The notes under the pieces were generated by a model. That model saw only the letters and a program-made list of their open reading frames with translations, searched no databases and had not been told where the DNA came from. Below are positions 40,684 through 51,733 of a DNA stretch of 64,000 nucleotides, in pieces; the stretch's first letter is position 1, and every line of letters begins with the position of its first letter. Position numbers and translations under genes: made by a program. Origin of the DNA: an uncultured Candidatus Saccharibacteria bacterium (GTDB taxonomy: Bacteria > Patescibacteriota > Minisyncoccia > Phycocordibacterales > UBA9973); assembly GCA_964625065.1 (NCBI GenBank), contig CAZUZL010000003.1, positions 1,730-65,729 of the forward strand, written 5' to 3'.

Positions 40684-42135
40684 ATGCAAAAAAACTTTTA
40701 TATTACAACAACATTACCATACGTTAATGCGCCGTTACACATGGGGCACGCTTTGGAATTTGTTCGGGCAGATGCAATAGCAAGATATAAAAAAATACTT
40801 GGGTATGATGTATTTTTCAACACCGGTACAGACGAACATGGTTTAAAGATTTATGAAAAAGCTACAGAAATGGGTATAACACCGCAGGAATTTGTGGACA
40901 AAGGTTTTGCAATATTCAAAGAACAACTAGAAATGTTTGGTGTTTCTAATGATATACATTTTATACGCACTACAGACAAACACCACGAATCGGCTGCCCA
41001 GGAACTATGGCGCCGTGTACAGAACAACGGTTACATATACAAGAAAAACTACGAAGCTAAATACTGTGTAGGTTGCGAAATTGAAAAAACAGATTCAGAA
41101 CTGGACGCTAATGGCGAATGTAAAGACCACCCAGGTAGACCACTACAAATAATACAAGAAGAAAATTACTTTTTTAAGTATTCAGAATTTGGACAAAAAT
41201 TATTAGATTTTTATACTAAAAACCCAAACTTTGTTATACCAGAATTTCGTTTCAACGAAATGAAGTCTTTTGTTGTTGGTGGGTTGCAGGACTTTTCTAT
41301 ATCACGCATGAAGTCGAAAATGCCTTGGGGTGTACCAGTACCAGGGGACGAAGACCAGGTTATGTATGTTTGGTTCGATGCATTAACTAACTATATTTCA
41401 ACACTAGGTTGGCCTGACGAAGGTGGCAACTTTGAAAAATACTGGGTTAATGGAACACCCACACAGTACTGTGGTAAAGACAATACACGTTTTCAGTCTG
41501 CAATGTGGCAGGCAATGCTAATGGCTGCAGATTTACCATGTTCACATCAGATAGTGGTGAACGGTTTTATTACTGCCGAAGGTGGTGTGCGCATGTCTAA
41601 AACACTGGGTAATGGCATAGACCCACGCGATGTTGTTGCCGAATACGGCACAGATGCGTTGCGATGTTTTTTGTTGTCAGAAGCTTCATCTTTTGAAGAT
41701 TCACCATTTACTATTAGTCGTTTCAAAGATTTCTATAATGCTAAACTTGCTAACGGTATAGGTAACCTAACAAACCGCATAATGAAAATGGCGGAAACAA
41801 ACTTAGAAACATTTCCACAAATTCCACCAATGCAACTTACTGCTGACTGGGCACCAGTGCTAACAGCTATGGAAAGTTTTAATATTCAAGAAGCAATGCA
41901 AATTGTTTTTGCGCACGTAACTGAACTAGACGAACTTATACAGAATAAAGAACCTTTTAAATTAGTTAAAACTAACAAAGAAGAAGCCATAGAAATAATA
42001 AACGAACTAGTTATAAAGCTACATAACATTGGTACTATGTTGGCACCAGTGCTACCTACAACAAGTAAAAAAATACTAGAAACAATTGCATCAGGTAAAA
42101 TGCCCATAGAACCTTTGTTTTTGAGAAAGGATTAA
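40684..42135 (+). CDS. metG: Methionine--tRNA ligase
   Basis: YVNAPLHMGH, TGTDEHGLKI, YVWFDALTNY, RMSKTLGN. Confidence 0.96.
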   Translation: MQKNFYITTTLPYVNAPLHMGHALEFVRADAIARYKKILGYDVFFNTGTDEHGLKIYEKATEMGITPQEFVDKGFAIFKEQLEMFGVSNDIHFIRTTDKHHESAAQELWRRVQNNGYIYKKNYEAKYCVGCEIEKTDSELDANGECKDHPGRPLQIIQEENYFFKYSEFGQKLLDFYTKNPNFVIPEFRFNEMKSFVVGGLQDFSISRMKSKMPWGVPVPGDEDQVMYVWFDALTNYISTLGWPDEGGNFEKYWVNGTPTQYCGKDNTRFQSAMWQAMLMAADLPCSHQIVVNGFITAEGGVRMSKTLGNGIDPRDVVAEYGTDALRCFLLSEASSFEDSPFTISRFKDFYNAKLANGIGNLTNRIMKMAETNLETFPQIPPMQLTADWAPVLTAMESFNIQEAMQIVFAHVTELDELIQNKEPFKLVKTNKEEAIEIINELVIKLHNIGTMLAPVLPTTSKKILETIASGKMPIEPLFLRKD

Positions 42136-42229
42136 TTTTAGAGAGGGGCCGGTGGGAAAGGTTGAATTAGACTACAGTATCTTGACATCCAACTACAAAG
42201 CAAGTACTATAAACAAAAATTATAGTATC

Positions 42230-42754
42230 ATGGAAAAATTTGAATATCAAAAAAGGCTAGACAAACTGGCTAATTTTATTGGTCCGGAAGGAAAAACCGC
42301 ATTATCTGCTTTATGTAGTTTAGTGCTTTTGAAAGATCAAACTAAAAGCAAAGAATATGACAACAAAATATCTAACCTTCGAGTACAGTTGATAAATTCA
42401 GTTGTCAAAAAACTTTACGACAAATTGCATGTATGTAAATCCAAGGAAATACTTCATGCGTTAACTACTGGTGACGGAAACCACCTAGGGCCATTGCTTT
42501 TTAGCATGGTAGATGGAATACTGTATGTGTTTGTTGTCGAAAAAGACAAAATCGTTGTTACTACCGGTATTAATAATTCATGTAGTGTTTATATGAAAGA
42601 TTTCGCAAATTGTGGTATAGAAAATATCGAACAATTATCTAATGTTTGTTCGGAAATTAATATTCTGTGGAAAGGATTTGCAAAAATCGATTGCCATAAA
42701 AATAAAAAAGATGACATTGTAAATTTTCATTTTAACACAGAAGATTTATTGTAG
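42230..42754 (+). CDS. Hypothetical protein inserted between metG and tatD
   Basis: 174-aa ORF with upstream TTGACA and downstream hairpin. Confidence 0.65.
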   Translation: MEKFEYQKRLDKLANFIGPEGKTALSALCSLVLLKDQTKSKEYDNKISNLRVQLINSVVKKLYDKLHVCKSKEILHALTTGDGNHLGPLLFSMVDGILYVFVVEKDKIVVTTGINNSCSVYMKDFANCGIENIEQLSNVCSEINILWKGFAKIDCHKNKKDDIVNFHFNTEDLL

Positions 42755-42831
42755 TTTTAAATCAAATATTTTTATTTTAGAGCACCTTGCCCCCAAGGTG
42801 CTTTTTTTATTGTTTACTATATAATACCCCT

Positions 42832-43644
42832 ATGGAATTCAACTACATCGACGTGCATTCGCACCTTAACCTAGGCCAGTTTGATACTGACCGGGCACAA
42901 GTAATAGAACAAATGAACCAACAGGGTATAGCAACTATAACAGTAGGTGTAGACTTTGAAAGTTCAAAACTTGCTATAGAACTAGCAGAAAAATATGAAA
43001 ATTTATATGCATGTGTCGGCCTACACCCAGCAGACAATGTAAACGAAATATTTAATAAAGAAGAATACAAAAAACTCGCAGAACATAAAAAAGTTGTTGC
43101 AATAGGGGAAACTGGTTTAGATTATTTTAGACTAGATGGTACTGAAGACGAGATAAAAAATACAAAGCAGAAACAAAAAGAAATTTTTATAAAACACATT
43201 GAACTTGCAATAGATGTAGAAAAACCTTTAATGATACATGCCCGCCCGTCAAAGGGTAGTATGGACGCTTATAACGATGTTTTAGATATTTTAGAACCCT
43301 ATAAGCAAACACCAAAAAGCAAACATCTTGTTGTAAACTTTCATTTTTTTGTAGGCGACATTACTGTGGCTAAACGCATTGTGTACGCGGGGTACACTGC
43401 GTCTTTTGATGGGCCTATAACTTTTACAGATGAATACAATGAAGTTATAAAATACTTGCCACTAGAAAACATAATGGCCGAAACTGACGCGCCTTTTGCT
43501 GCACCTGTGCCATACCGTGGCAAACGTTGCCAACCAGACTATGTGGTGGAAATATATAAAAAAATAGCTGAAATAAAGGATCTAGACCCAGAAATGGTAC
43601 GCCTGCAATTAAACCAAAACGCTATTAGAGTTTTCGGGGTCTAG
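42832..43644 (+). CDS. TatD-family hydrolase
   Basis: IDVHSH, GLHP, AIGETGLDY, ETDAPF. Confidence 0.93.
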   Translation: MEFNYIDVHSHLNLGQFDTDRAQVIEQMNQQGIATITVGVDFESSKLAIELAEKYENLYACVGLHPADNVNEIFNKEEYKKLAEHKKVVAIGETGLDYFRLDGTEDEIKNTKQKQKEIFIKHIELAIDVEKPLMIHARPSKGSMDAYNDVLDILEPYKQTPKSKHLVVNFHFFVGDITVAKRIVYAGYTASFDGPITFTDEYNEVIKYLPLENIMAETDAPFAAPVPYRGKRCQPDYVVEIYKKIAEIKDLDPEMVRLQLNQNAIRVFGV

Positions 43645-43656
43645 TTAGTTATTCGT

Positions 43657-43721
43657 ACCTCACCCCAAGTGCTTTGCACTTCACCCCTCTCCTACGTAGG
43701 AGAGGGGGCCGGGGGTGAGGT
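43657..43721. repeat. GC-rich palindromic repeat, family A-related
   Basis: CCTCACCCC..CCCCTCTCCTACGTAGGAGAGGGG..GGGGTGAGG. Confidence 0.7.
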
Positions 43722-43864
43722 ATAAGGGGCACTGTCTTTGACTAATTGCCTAATATTTGCTATAGTAGCCGGCATAGTCCTATTTGAGCAGTTGCCTGGC
43801 ATATGCTTGGCGCATAACTGTTTACAAAGTCCGAAGTAGGAACTTTTAATAAATAATAAAAAAT

Positions 43865-44389
43865 ATGGAAGATACAAAAACCCAGGTATACGAGTTTTCA
43901 TACCTTTTGATGCCAACAATTCCGGAAGGAGATGTGTCAAAAAAAGTAACTGCTTTAAAAGCGTTAATGGAAAAGTCAGGTAGTACATTTATTTCAGAAG
44001 AATACCCAGAATTTATAAGTTTGGCGTATACAATGATAAAGGTTATAAACAACAAACACGAACGTGTAAACAATGCATATTTTGGTTGGTTCAAAATGGA
44101 AGCACCTGCAACCGTTTTAGAAGCAGTTAAAATGACATTAGACCGCGACGACGACCTAGTTCGTTACTTGTTAATAAAGACAGTAAAAGAAAGTACATTA
44201 GCACCTAAAAAAGTTGCACCAAAACGTGAATCACGTAAACATGCTCCTACAGACGGCAGTGCCGCTGGTGCAGACCCTATTGTTATCGGAGACGAATCAG
44301 TTGTAGAAGAAATTGCAACTATCTCTGATGAAGCTATAATAGAAGATGTAGCAACAGAAAATACTGACACTATTGAAACAACAAGTTAA
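43865..44389 (+). CDS. rpsF: 30S ribosomal protein S6 with acidic C-terminal extension
   Basis: YE..YL, LAYTMIK, VRYLLIK; rpsF-ssb-rpsR synteny. Confidence 0.9.
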   Translation: MEDTKTQVYEFSYLLMPTIPEGDVSKKVTALKALMEKSGSTFISEEYPEFISLAYTMIKVINNKHERVNNAYFGWFKMEAPATVLEAVKMTLDRDDDLVRYLLIKTVKESTLAPKKVAPKRESRKHAPTDGSAAGADPIVIGDESVVEEIATISDEAIIEDVATENTDTIETTS

Positions 44390-44411
44390 TTAATTAAAAA
44401 ACGAATTCTCT

Positions 44412-44870
44412 ATGTATATCAATAAAGCAACAATTATGGGCAACCTGACTCGCGACCCTGAAATGAAGGCCCTACCATCAGGAATGAAGGTAACATCATT
44501 TTCACTAGCAACAAACCGTACCTGGAAAGACACTAATGGTGCCAAGAAAGAAGCTGTAGAATACCACAACCTAGTAGCGTTTGGTAAACAAGCAGAACTT
44601 ATTGCCCAGTATTGTAAAAAAGGTGGTTCGTTATATGTTGAAGGTCGCATTCAAACCCGTTCATGGGACGATGCCGCTGGTGTTAAAAAATACCGCACCG
44701 AAATAATTGCCGATACATTCCAATTTGGTCCAAAAGTAGACGGTAGTGCAGTACGCCCGGCGTCTGCACCTGCTACTGAATCTACCCCTGCAAAGGCGTC
44801 TCAATCAGACGACATGGATGCAATCGAATACCCAGAAGAAGATATCAACGTAGAAGACATTCCGTTCTAA
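44412..44870 (+). CDS. ssb: Single-stranded DNA-binding protein
   Basis: NK..IMGNLTRDPE, VEGRIQTRSW, C-terminal DIPF. Confidence 0.97.
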   Translation: MYINKATIMGNLTRDPEMKALPSGMKVTSFSLATNRTWKDTNGAKKEAVEYHNLVAFGKQAELIAQYCKKGGSLYVEGRIQTRSWDDAAGVKKYRTEIIADTFQFGPKVDGSAVRPASAPATESTPAKASQSDDMDAIEYPEEDINVEDIPF

Positions 44871-44889
44871 TAACTACTATTAAAAATAT

Positions 44890-45090
44890 ATGAAACAAGA
44901 CTTTTTTACCTCAAATAACATAAAGTTTATCGACTATAAAGATACCGATATTCTTAAGAAATTCCTTGCGCCAAACGCCCGTATGATCGGTCGCCGTCGC
45001 TCAGGTCTTTCAGCCTCTAACCAACGCAAACTTACTACAGCAGTAAAACGCGCTCGTTTTATGGGCTTGCTACCGTTCGTAGCTAAATAG
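44890..45090 (+). CDS. rpsR: 30S ribosomal protein S18
   Basis: IDYKD..LKKF, QRKL..AVKRARFMGLLP. Confidence 0.96.
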   Translation: MKQDFFTSNNIKFIDYKDTDILKKFLAPNARMIGRRRSGLSASNQRKLTTAVKRARFMGLLPFVAK

Positions 45091-45091
45091 A

Positions 45092-45220
45092 AACCCCTCC
45101 GTCTTTCAGACACCTCCCCTTATCAAGGGAGGAAAAAACAAAAACACCACTAAATATTTAGTGGTGTTTTTGTTTTGTTGTTGTTCCCTCGCCCTGCTAA
45201 GGGGAGGGTTAGGGAGAGGT
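45092..45220. repeat. Two family A palindromes flanking a bidirectional terminator
   Basis: 45092-45133 and 45185-45220 around AAAACACCACTAAAT/ATTTAGTGGTGTTTT. Confidence 0.7.
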
Positions 45221-45272
45221 GCGCGAGTTTTCGCGTGGCTAATAAAAAAGACCCATTAGTGGGTCTTTTTTA

Positions 45273-45854
45273 TTAGCCACGCTCGACATATTCCCCAGTT
45301 TCTGTGTTTACGACAATCTTGTCGCCGGCTTCTAGAAACATCGGTACGTTTATGTTTGCGCCACCTTCTAGTGTTGCAACTTTGTTACCTCCAGTTGCAG
45401 TACTGCCTTTTATAGCTGGTGGGGCTTCTTTGATAACGAAAGTCATTTTAATAGGTAATGAAACACCAATTATTATTTCGTTTTCGTCTTCATCTTCGTA
45501 TGTAACTAGGTCTACTGTCATGTTTGGTGCTAGAAACTTGGCAGGGGTACCAATTTTTTCTTTTGGTATAGGAAAGCGTTTAGCTGGGTCGTTTTCTTCA
45601 CAGAAGGTAAGTTCACCTTTGTTTTCAAAAAGGAATTTAACTTTACGTTTACCAAGTTCAGCTTCGTCTACCTTGTCAGACACATGGAAAGACACTTCAG
45701 CTACACGGCCAGTAAGTAGGTTTTTAATCTTTGTCGCGTTAACAGGTTTACGTTGTTGTTTGCGGAAAACCCATGAACTTAAAACTTCATAAGGTTCGCC
45801 TTCGTATATTATTACTTTGCGTTCTTTTATTTCACTGTATGCTAACATTGCCAT
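45273..45854 (-). CDS. efp: Elongation factor P
   Basis: KNLLTG, PPAIKGSTATGGNK.ATLEGG, VNTETGEYVER. Confidence 0.93.
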   Translation of the reverse strand: MAMLAYSEIKERKVIIYEGEPYEVLSSWVFRKQQRKPVNATKIKNLLTGRVAEVSFHVSDKVDEAELGKRKVKFLFENKGELTFCEENDPAKRFPIPKEKIGTPAKFLAPNMTVDLVTYEDEDENEIIIGVSLPIKMTFVIKEAPPAIKGSTATGGNKVATLEGGANINVPMFLEAGDKIVVNTETGEYVERG

Positions 45855-46282
45855 AGGTGCCTAGTATACCCCCTAACGGGTTTTTTTTCAAGGTGGGGGA
45901 TAAACCATGGACTACAAAATACTGGTGTGGTATATTACATAGCAAGAGTACAAAAGCTCAAATCCTAATAGTATGAAGACATTATTTCACCTTGGGCTAT
46001 TCTTAGTCCTCTCAGTGTTTGCTCTGGATACTTTTTTGAAAGAGAAAAAAGAAAGATTAATCTATTTCATAAAAGGCAGACCTCAAAACGCCACGGCGTT
46101 AGCTGGTGCAATAGTTTGCACAACCCCTAAATTCATAAAGGTTCTAAATCTGTTTATATAAAACATTAGAACCTAACCCATACCCTGACAGACATTAGTT
46201 CTGGCAGGGTATTGATTTTTATGATTCAGATAATTTAATAATAAAAAAAGCGGTGTATAATATACACCGCTTTTTTTATTTG

Positions 46283-46528
46283 TTATTCAGGGTTTTCCAG
46301 TAGGTAACGGGGTATAAAGTTTTCGTCTTCAATATCGTTTTCTCTATAAATAGTAGCTCCTTTTTCCTGTTCCTTTTTACTACCAAAAAGTTCACGGTAG
46401 GGGTCAGTACTATCTGGGTCTACAATATTGTCTAGGTTGTCTTTATAAACATGTGAGTTTCCGTTATATGCTGTTCGCGCGGGTAAGTCTTCATTGTTAC
46501 CGTGGTATCCGTTTTCAAAATTGTTCAT
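46283..46528 (-). CDS. Small acidic hypothetical protein
   Basis: 81-aa ORF after recA and before a terminator. Confidence 0.55.
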   Translation of the reverse strand: MNNFENGYHGNNEDLPARTAYNGNSHVYKDNLDNIVDPDSTDPYRELFGSKKEQEKGATIYRENDIEDENFIPRYLLENPE

Positions 46529-46562
46529 ATCGTTTACAGTTTTATTTTGTATAAAATATCGA

Positions 46563-47681
46563 CTATTCGCTACCAGTTTCCATTACTACTTCTTTCATAC
46601 GTTTACGTATTACTTTTAGTATTTCATCGCGAAGTTTTGGATTTTCTTTCATAAATGTACGTGTTGCGTCATATCCACGGCCTAGTTTTATGCCTTCACT
46701 TGTGCCATCTTCGTCAGTAGAAGGGGTTTCTTCAGTACCTTTTTTACCTGCCTTCTTTTCTTTTACTTCTGGCATGTAACTGTATGATGTGCCGGATTTA
46801 ACTATAACACCAAGTTTTTCACCTAAGGCAATAAGTTCGCCCTCTAGACTGATACCTTCGCCATATATAATATCAAATTCTGTTTGTTTAAATGGGGCAG
46901 CGACTTTGTTTTTAACCACCTTTACACGTGTACGACTACCTACTACTTCTTCACCTTTTTTAATCTGGGCAATACGGCGTATGTCTAAACGTACTGATGT
47001 GTAAAACTTCAAGGCTTTTCCACCTGGGGTAGTTTCAGGGTTACCAAACATAACACCTATTTGCATACGAATCTGGTTTATAAATATAACAACTGTTTTA
47101 GAACGTGCAACAATACTAGTTAGTTTACGTAATGCCTGGGACATTAAACGGGCTTGTTTACCCATGTGTTGTTGGCCCATGTCGCCCTCGATTTCGTCCT
47201 TAGGTGTTAGTGCTGCCACAGAGTCTACTACTACAACGTCTATTTTACCCGAACGTACCAAGCTCTCGGTAATTTCCAAACCTTGTTCACCAGTATCAGG
47301 TTGTGATATTAGTAATTCGTTTATTTTAACTCCAAGTTTGCCTGCATAGTCAGGGTCCATGGCATGTTCAGCATCTATATATGCACACACACCGCCCATT
47401 TTCTGTGCTTCAGCTACTATGTGTAGGGCTAGGGTAGTCTTACCTGAGGATTCTGGTCCGAATATTTCTATAATACGTCCGCGGGGCATACCACCAACAC
47501 CTAGCGCAATGTCTAATCCGATGGAACCTGTTGGTATAACATTAATGTCTACCTTGGGTGAATCGCCAAGTTTCATAATGGCGCCTTCGCCAAACTTGGT
47601 CTGTATTGCTTTTATTGTGTCTTCGATGTTTACACTACCTAGTTCACTTTTTGGTACTTTAACTTTTTTTGTGATAGCCAT
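46563..47681 (-). CDS. recA: Recombinase A
   Basis: [37 protein letters not shown]. Confidence 0.98.
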   Translation of the reverse strand: MAITKKVKVPKSELGSVNIEDTIKAIQTKFGEGAIMKLGDSPKVDINVIPTGSIGLDIALGVGGMPRGRIIEIFGPESSGKTTLALHIVAEAQKMGGVCAYIDAEHAMDPDYAGKLGVKINELLISQPDTGEQGLEITESLVRSGKIDVVVVDSVAALTPKDEIEGDMGQQHMGKQARLMSQALRKLTSIVARSKTVVIFINQIRMQIGVMFGNPETTPGGKALKFYTSVRLDIRRIAQIKKGEEVVGSRTRVKVVKNKVAAPFKQTEFDIIYGEGISLEGELIALGEKLGVIVKSGTSYSYMPEVKEKKAGKKGTEETPSTDEDGTSEGIKLGRGYDATRTFMKENPKLRDEILKVIRKRMKEVVMETGSE

Positions 47682-47690
47682 AATGTTGTT

Positions 47691-48110
47691 TTAGTCTAAA
47701 ATAGTAAATGTTTTTTCTTTCCCTGCAAATCCGACAGAACTTTTAACCGCATCCTTTACTACTATATGATACACCAGCTCGGAACTTTTACCAAAAGCAT
47801 CTTCAGCTGAAACCGTAACTATATTGTAGCCGTCTGGTAGTAGTATCGGTTCGCTGAAGTTTCCTTGTTTGTCTATGCTAATAGGGCTGTTGTTTATCTC
47901 TAATGTGTGTGCCCGTGGGGCAGTGCCTGACAGTGTTAGGGTAGGTGTTGTTACTGTGTCTCCAGTGTGTATGTTGTTTACGGACAGTTCTACACCACGC
48001 ATGTATGGGTAGAAACGGTATACACCATAACTGACGACAGTAAATGCAAACACCCAAAGGGTTGCATTGCGTAACATTGTCTTGTAGTTTCGTTGCATAT
48101 AGGTAGTCAT
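47691..48110 (-). CDS. Membrane-anchored Ig-like domain protein
   Basis: TM then L.INN..I.ID..GNF...L.DGYNIV.V.A.D.FG. Confidence 0.7.
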   Translation of the reverse strand: MTTYMQRNYKTMLRNATLWVFAFTVVSYGVYRFYPYMRGVELSVNNIHTGDTVTTPTLTLSGTAPRAHTLEINNSPISIDKQGNFSEPILLPDGYNIVTVSAEDAFGKSSELVYHIVVKDAVKSSVGFAGKEKTFTILD

Positions 48111-48111
48111 A

Positions 48112-50304
48112 TTATAGCATATCTGCATTATTCGATATAATATTTTGGCCTGCTTCGTCACGCATAACCCCACCTTCTAATACGTCACGTGGCTTGGCTC
48201 CGTTACCTGGGCCTACTACACCGCGTTCCTCTAGTATATCTATCAGTCGGGCAGCACGTGCATAACCGATACCCAGTTTACGTTGTAGGAAAGAAGTCGA
48301 CGCTTTACGTGTTTCGATAACAATCTGACGAGCTTGTTCATATAGGTCGTCGTCCTCGCTGTTTTTGTCGCCGTCTAGTGTAGAGTCAAATATGGTTTTA
48401 TCCATAGTTGGTGTACCCGACAGTTCTATTGTGTCTTGAAGTTCCTCGCGGTATGCATCCTTCAGATATGCAACAACTTTTTTAACTTCTTGTTCAGATA
48501 TGTATGCCGACTGTAAGCGGGAAGGTTGGCCCTCGCCACCTGAATACAGCATGTCACCTTGGCCAAGAAGTTTTTCAGCACCAGATGCGTCTAATATAGT
48601 ACGCGAATCCATCTGTGTCGGTACGCGTAGTGCAATACGTGTAGGTACGTTCGCCTTGATCAACCCTGTTATAACTTGCACCTCAGGGCGTTGTGTAGAC
48701 AGTATAAGGTGTATACCAACAGCACGCGACATCTGTGCCAGGCGTACAATGCCGGCTTCTAGTTCGCGTGGGTATGCCTGCATTATGTCGGCCAATTCGT
48801 CGATGATTATAACAATGTACGGCATCCTTTCTCCATCGTCACCCTTATTTGTTTTACCGCCAGAAATGTTTGCGTGGTAACTTTCAATGTCACGTACACT
48901 TTCAGCTTGTAGTAGGTCGTAACGTCGATCCATTTCCTTTGCTGCCCATTTAAGTGCCAGTATGGCTTTCTTAGCATCAGTAATAACAGGTGTTAGTAGA
49001 TGGGGTATGTTGTTGTATAGAGTTAGTTCAACACGTTTAGGGTCCACAAATATCATCTTTAGGTCTTCAGGTCCGTTGCGGTATATCAACGAGTTGATAA
49101 TGGCGTGTATAGTTACAGACTTACCAGACCCTGTTGTACCGGCTATCAATGCATGTGGTGCCTTGGCCAAGTTTACAAAGTGTGGTCGTCCAGCAACGTC
49201 ACGGCCCAGTGCTACGGTCAGTGGTTTAGATGCGTTTTTAAATCTCTCATCGGCCATAAGTGAACCCAGTCCAACAGTTGCTTTGGTCTTGTTTGGTATT
49301 TCAATACCTACCAACGACTTGCCTGGTATTGGTGCTTCGATACGAACAGGGTGGGCAGCCAGTGCCAGTGCTAGGTCGGACTGTAGCCCTGCAATGCGGG
49401 ACAGTTTTACACCTGCTGCTGGTTTCAATGCGTACTGTGTAAAAGTAGGTCCAGTTGTAACTTCATCCATTTCAACTTCAATACCAAAGTTCAGTAGTGT
49501 GCGTTTTATAATATTTGCATTTGCCTTCACGTCACCAACGTTTGCTTTGCCACTGTCTGGTTCTAATAGTGCTATCGGTGGGGCATCGTAGTTGTGGGTT
49601 TTGAATGGCTTTTTATTAATTACCATTTCTTCTTCGGTCGCTGTTTCTTTAGTCTTCTTTTGAATAACCTTTTCTTCCTCTTCTTGTTTTTCTGCAGAAG
49701 TTTTTATTGGTTCGGTTGGTACAGATCCATCAGTTATAGTAGGTTCGCGGTTTGGGTCGAACTCGGGTTCTTTCTTCTTAAACAAACCAGCTATGCGGGC
49801 AGTAATAGTACCAATACTTGGTCTGTAGTCGAACAGTATAAAACTTGATATCAACACCAACCCCAGCATTATAATAACTGCAACTGTGGTATCAAACAGC
49901 GCAACAAAAGGTAACGCAATCCAGTGGCCAAAAAGCCCACCTATGCGCATAGTTGCACCACCGAAAATCTCCATCGTACCTAATGCAGATAGTAGCAACA
50001 CACCGCCCGAAATGGTGTGTAGTAGTGGTAGTTCAGGTATGGTCGAACGTATATACGACACACCCAACATGGCAGAAACTATAGGCAACAAATAGTATCC
50101 AAACCCAAACAAACTTGAAAATGCACGGAATATAACGTCGCCCGCAACACCTGCCTTGCCCAATGCCGCCAGCACTAAAAGTAAACAAACTATAAAGTAA
50201 ATTACAGCGTATATACCATGCCGTGTAGCATCCTTCAGACGTGAAGTTTTCTCTGTATCCTCGGTCTCTTTTTTCGGGTTATTTTTCTTAGTTTCTTTTG
50301 CCAT
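48112..50304 (-). CDS. ftsK: DNA translocase FtsK/SpoIIIE
   Basis: N-terminal TMs, AGTTGSGKS, DPKRVEL, IDELADIM, gamma domain IGYARAARL. Confidence 0.96.
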   Translation of the reverse strand: MAKETKKNNPKKETEDTEKTSRLKDATRHGIYAVIYFIVCLLLVLAALGKAGVAGDVIFRAFSSLFGFGYYLLPIVSAMLGVSYIRSTIPELPLLHTISGGVLLLSALGTMEIFGGATMRIGGLFGHWIALPFVALFDTTVAVIIMLGLVLISSFILFDYRPSIGTITARIAGLFKKKEPEFDPNREPTITDGSVPTEPIKTSAEKQEEEEKVIQKKTKETATEEEMVINKKPFKTHNYDAPPIALLEPDSGKANVGDVKANANIIKRTLLNFGIEVEMDEVTTGPTFTQYALKPAAGVKLSRIAGLQSDLALALAAHPVRIEAPIPGKSLVGIEIPNKTKATVGLGSLMADERFKNASKPLTVALGRDVAGRPHFVNLAKAPHALIAGTTGSGKSVTIHAIINSLIYRNGPEDLKMIFVDPKRVELTLYNNIPHLLTPVITDAKKAILALKWAAKEMDRRYDLLQAESVRDIESYHANISGGKTNKGDDGERMPYIVIIIDELADIMQAYPRELEAGIVRLAQMSRAVGIHLILSTQRPEVQVITGLIKANVPTRIALRVPTQMDSRTILDASGAEKLLGQGDMLYSGGEGQPSRLQSAYISEQEVKKVVAYLKDAYREELQDTIELSGTPTMDKTIFDSTLDGDKNSEDDDLYEQARQIVIETRKASTSFLQRKLGIGYARAARLIDILEERGVVGPGNGAKPRDVLEGGVMRDEAGQNIISNNADML

Positions 50305-50348
50305 TATCTACACATTTTAACAAAAAAACCTTTGTAAACCAAGGAATT

Positions 50349-50394
50349 AATCTCCTCCTTGTTGAGGAGGAGTGGCCGTAGGCCGAGGTGGTGA
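50349..50394. repeat. GC-rich palindromic repeat, family A
   Basis: CTCCTCCTTGTTGAGGAGGAGTGGCCGTAGGCCGAGGTGG. Confidence 0.75.
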
Positions 50395-50479
50395 CTCATG
50401 TACTTTACAAATGTCCTTATGGGTATATAATGGACGCACAATCCGGTCGGAATGTTTTAAAAGACATATGTGAAGTATC

Positions 50480-51247
50480 ATGGACAACATAAATCCCATT
50501 ACTAAAAAGACAAAAAATATAGTAACCGCTATATACATGGTTACCGAATATATAAAGGTCAACGACCCAATCCGTCATGAATTACGGACAAGTTCAATTT
50601 CAATACTTAAGGACGTAAACCAAATCAGACATATTTCAAATACAGACCACAAAACCTTACTTAACGATGTCCATGAAAAATTCAGTTTAGTTACAGACTT
50701 GGTACACATTGCACGCGACCTAGGTTTCGTTTCTAAAATGAACGCCACCATACTAGACACTGAAATATCGCTACTTCAAAAATACATCCAGACCTACATC
50801 CACCAAACAACTTTAGAAGACAATTTGTTAAGCGGCATTCGTTTTCCAGACCAACTTTTTGCCGACCATTTACCAAACCCAACACCTACAAACCGCCCAA
50901 CAGTTTTTAGCCCAAACAATATTTCAAATACTTTTTCTAAAAACAAACAGCCAGTTTTCTCTAAACAGATTTCATTTGGTGTAACGGACAATAAAGGACA
51001 TGTAAACCGTGGGGTATATGTCTCTAATCATGAAAAACATGAAGACCGTAAAACCAAGATAATGGACATGGTTCGTGGACATAAAAATAGCGTTACTGGT
51101 GATAGTTCTGTAATGATAAAGGACATAACTCATGCATTTCCGAACATCAGTGAAAAGACTATTCAACGCGAACTTGCCGACCTGGTTGCATCAGGTGTCC
51201 TTAAGAAAATAGGGGAAAAAAGATGGTCAAAATACGTTGTCTCTTAG
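50480..51247 (+). CDS. Helical-bundle plus DeoR-like HTH protein
   Basis: C-terminal SEKTIQREL..LV..G.LKKIGEKRWSKY. Confidence 0.7.
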   Translation: MDNINPITKKTKNIVTAIYMVTEYIKVNDPIRHELRTSSISILKDVNQIRHISNTDHKTLLNDVHEKFSLVTDLVHIARDLGFVSKMNATILDTEISLLQKYIQTYIHQTTLEDNLLSGIRFPDQLFADHLPNPTPTNRPTVFSPNNISNTFSKNKQPVFSKQISFGVTDNKGHVNRGVYVSNHEKHEDRKTKIMDMVRGHKNSVTGDSSVMIKDITHAFPNISEKTIQRELADLVASGVLKKIGEKRWSKYVVS

Positions 51248-51733
51248 ACCATAAAAACCAATAAATATCAACATATTACAACAACCTGGCACCACCAGGT
51301 TGTTGTAATATTAGGGTGTTTAAAACGTCATCATTATCGACCTACCAGTCTGTTTATATGGGGTGGCTGGTCAAAATGTACATATCATTAAACATGTAAA
51401 ATATGCACGCATTTGTACCACTGGGGCTTGTCCACAGAATTGGTATTATGCTTGCATATGCACATACTAAATGATAATATATAAATACTGTTTATAGGTG
51501 GACTATCGACCATATATACACAGTTCCGAAGACGGATCGAACTTTGATAACAGAATAGAGAAACACCCCTATGATGCCGATATTGGTGTTTTGATCTAGT
51601 TAACAAAAATCCGTCCGTGTTCGGCCATGTCGACACGGCAGATAGTAAGGCTCGTGTGTACTTTTGTCGAAGTACAAACACAGCCGCCATACAATGTATA
51701 GTACATATGTTGTGTGGTCTCAATTTATTTAAT

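Noticed and set aside
45973-46161. 62-aa ORF between efp and the recA operon
   Set aside because: No recognisable motif and overlaps an inverted repeat; cannot support as a gene
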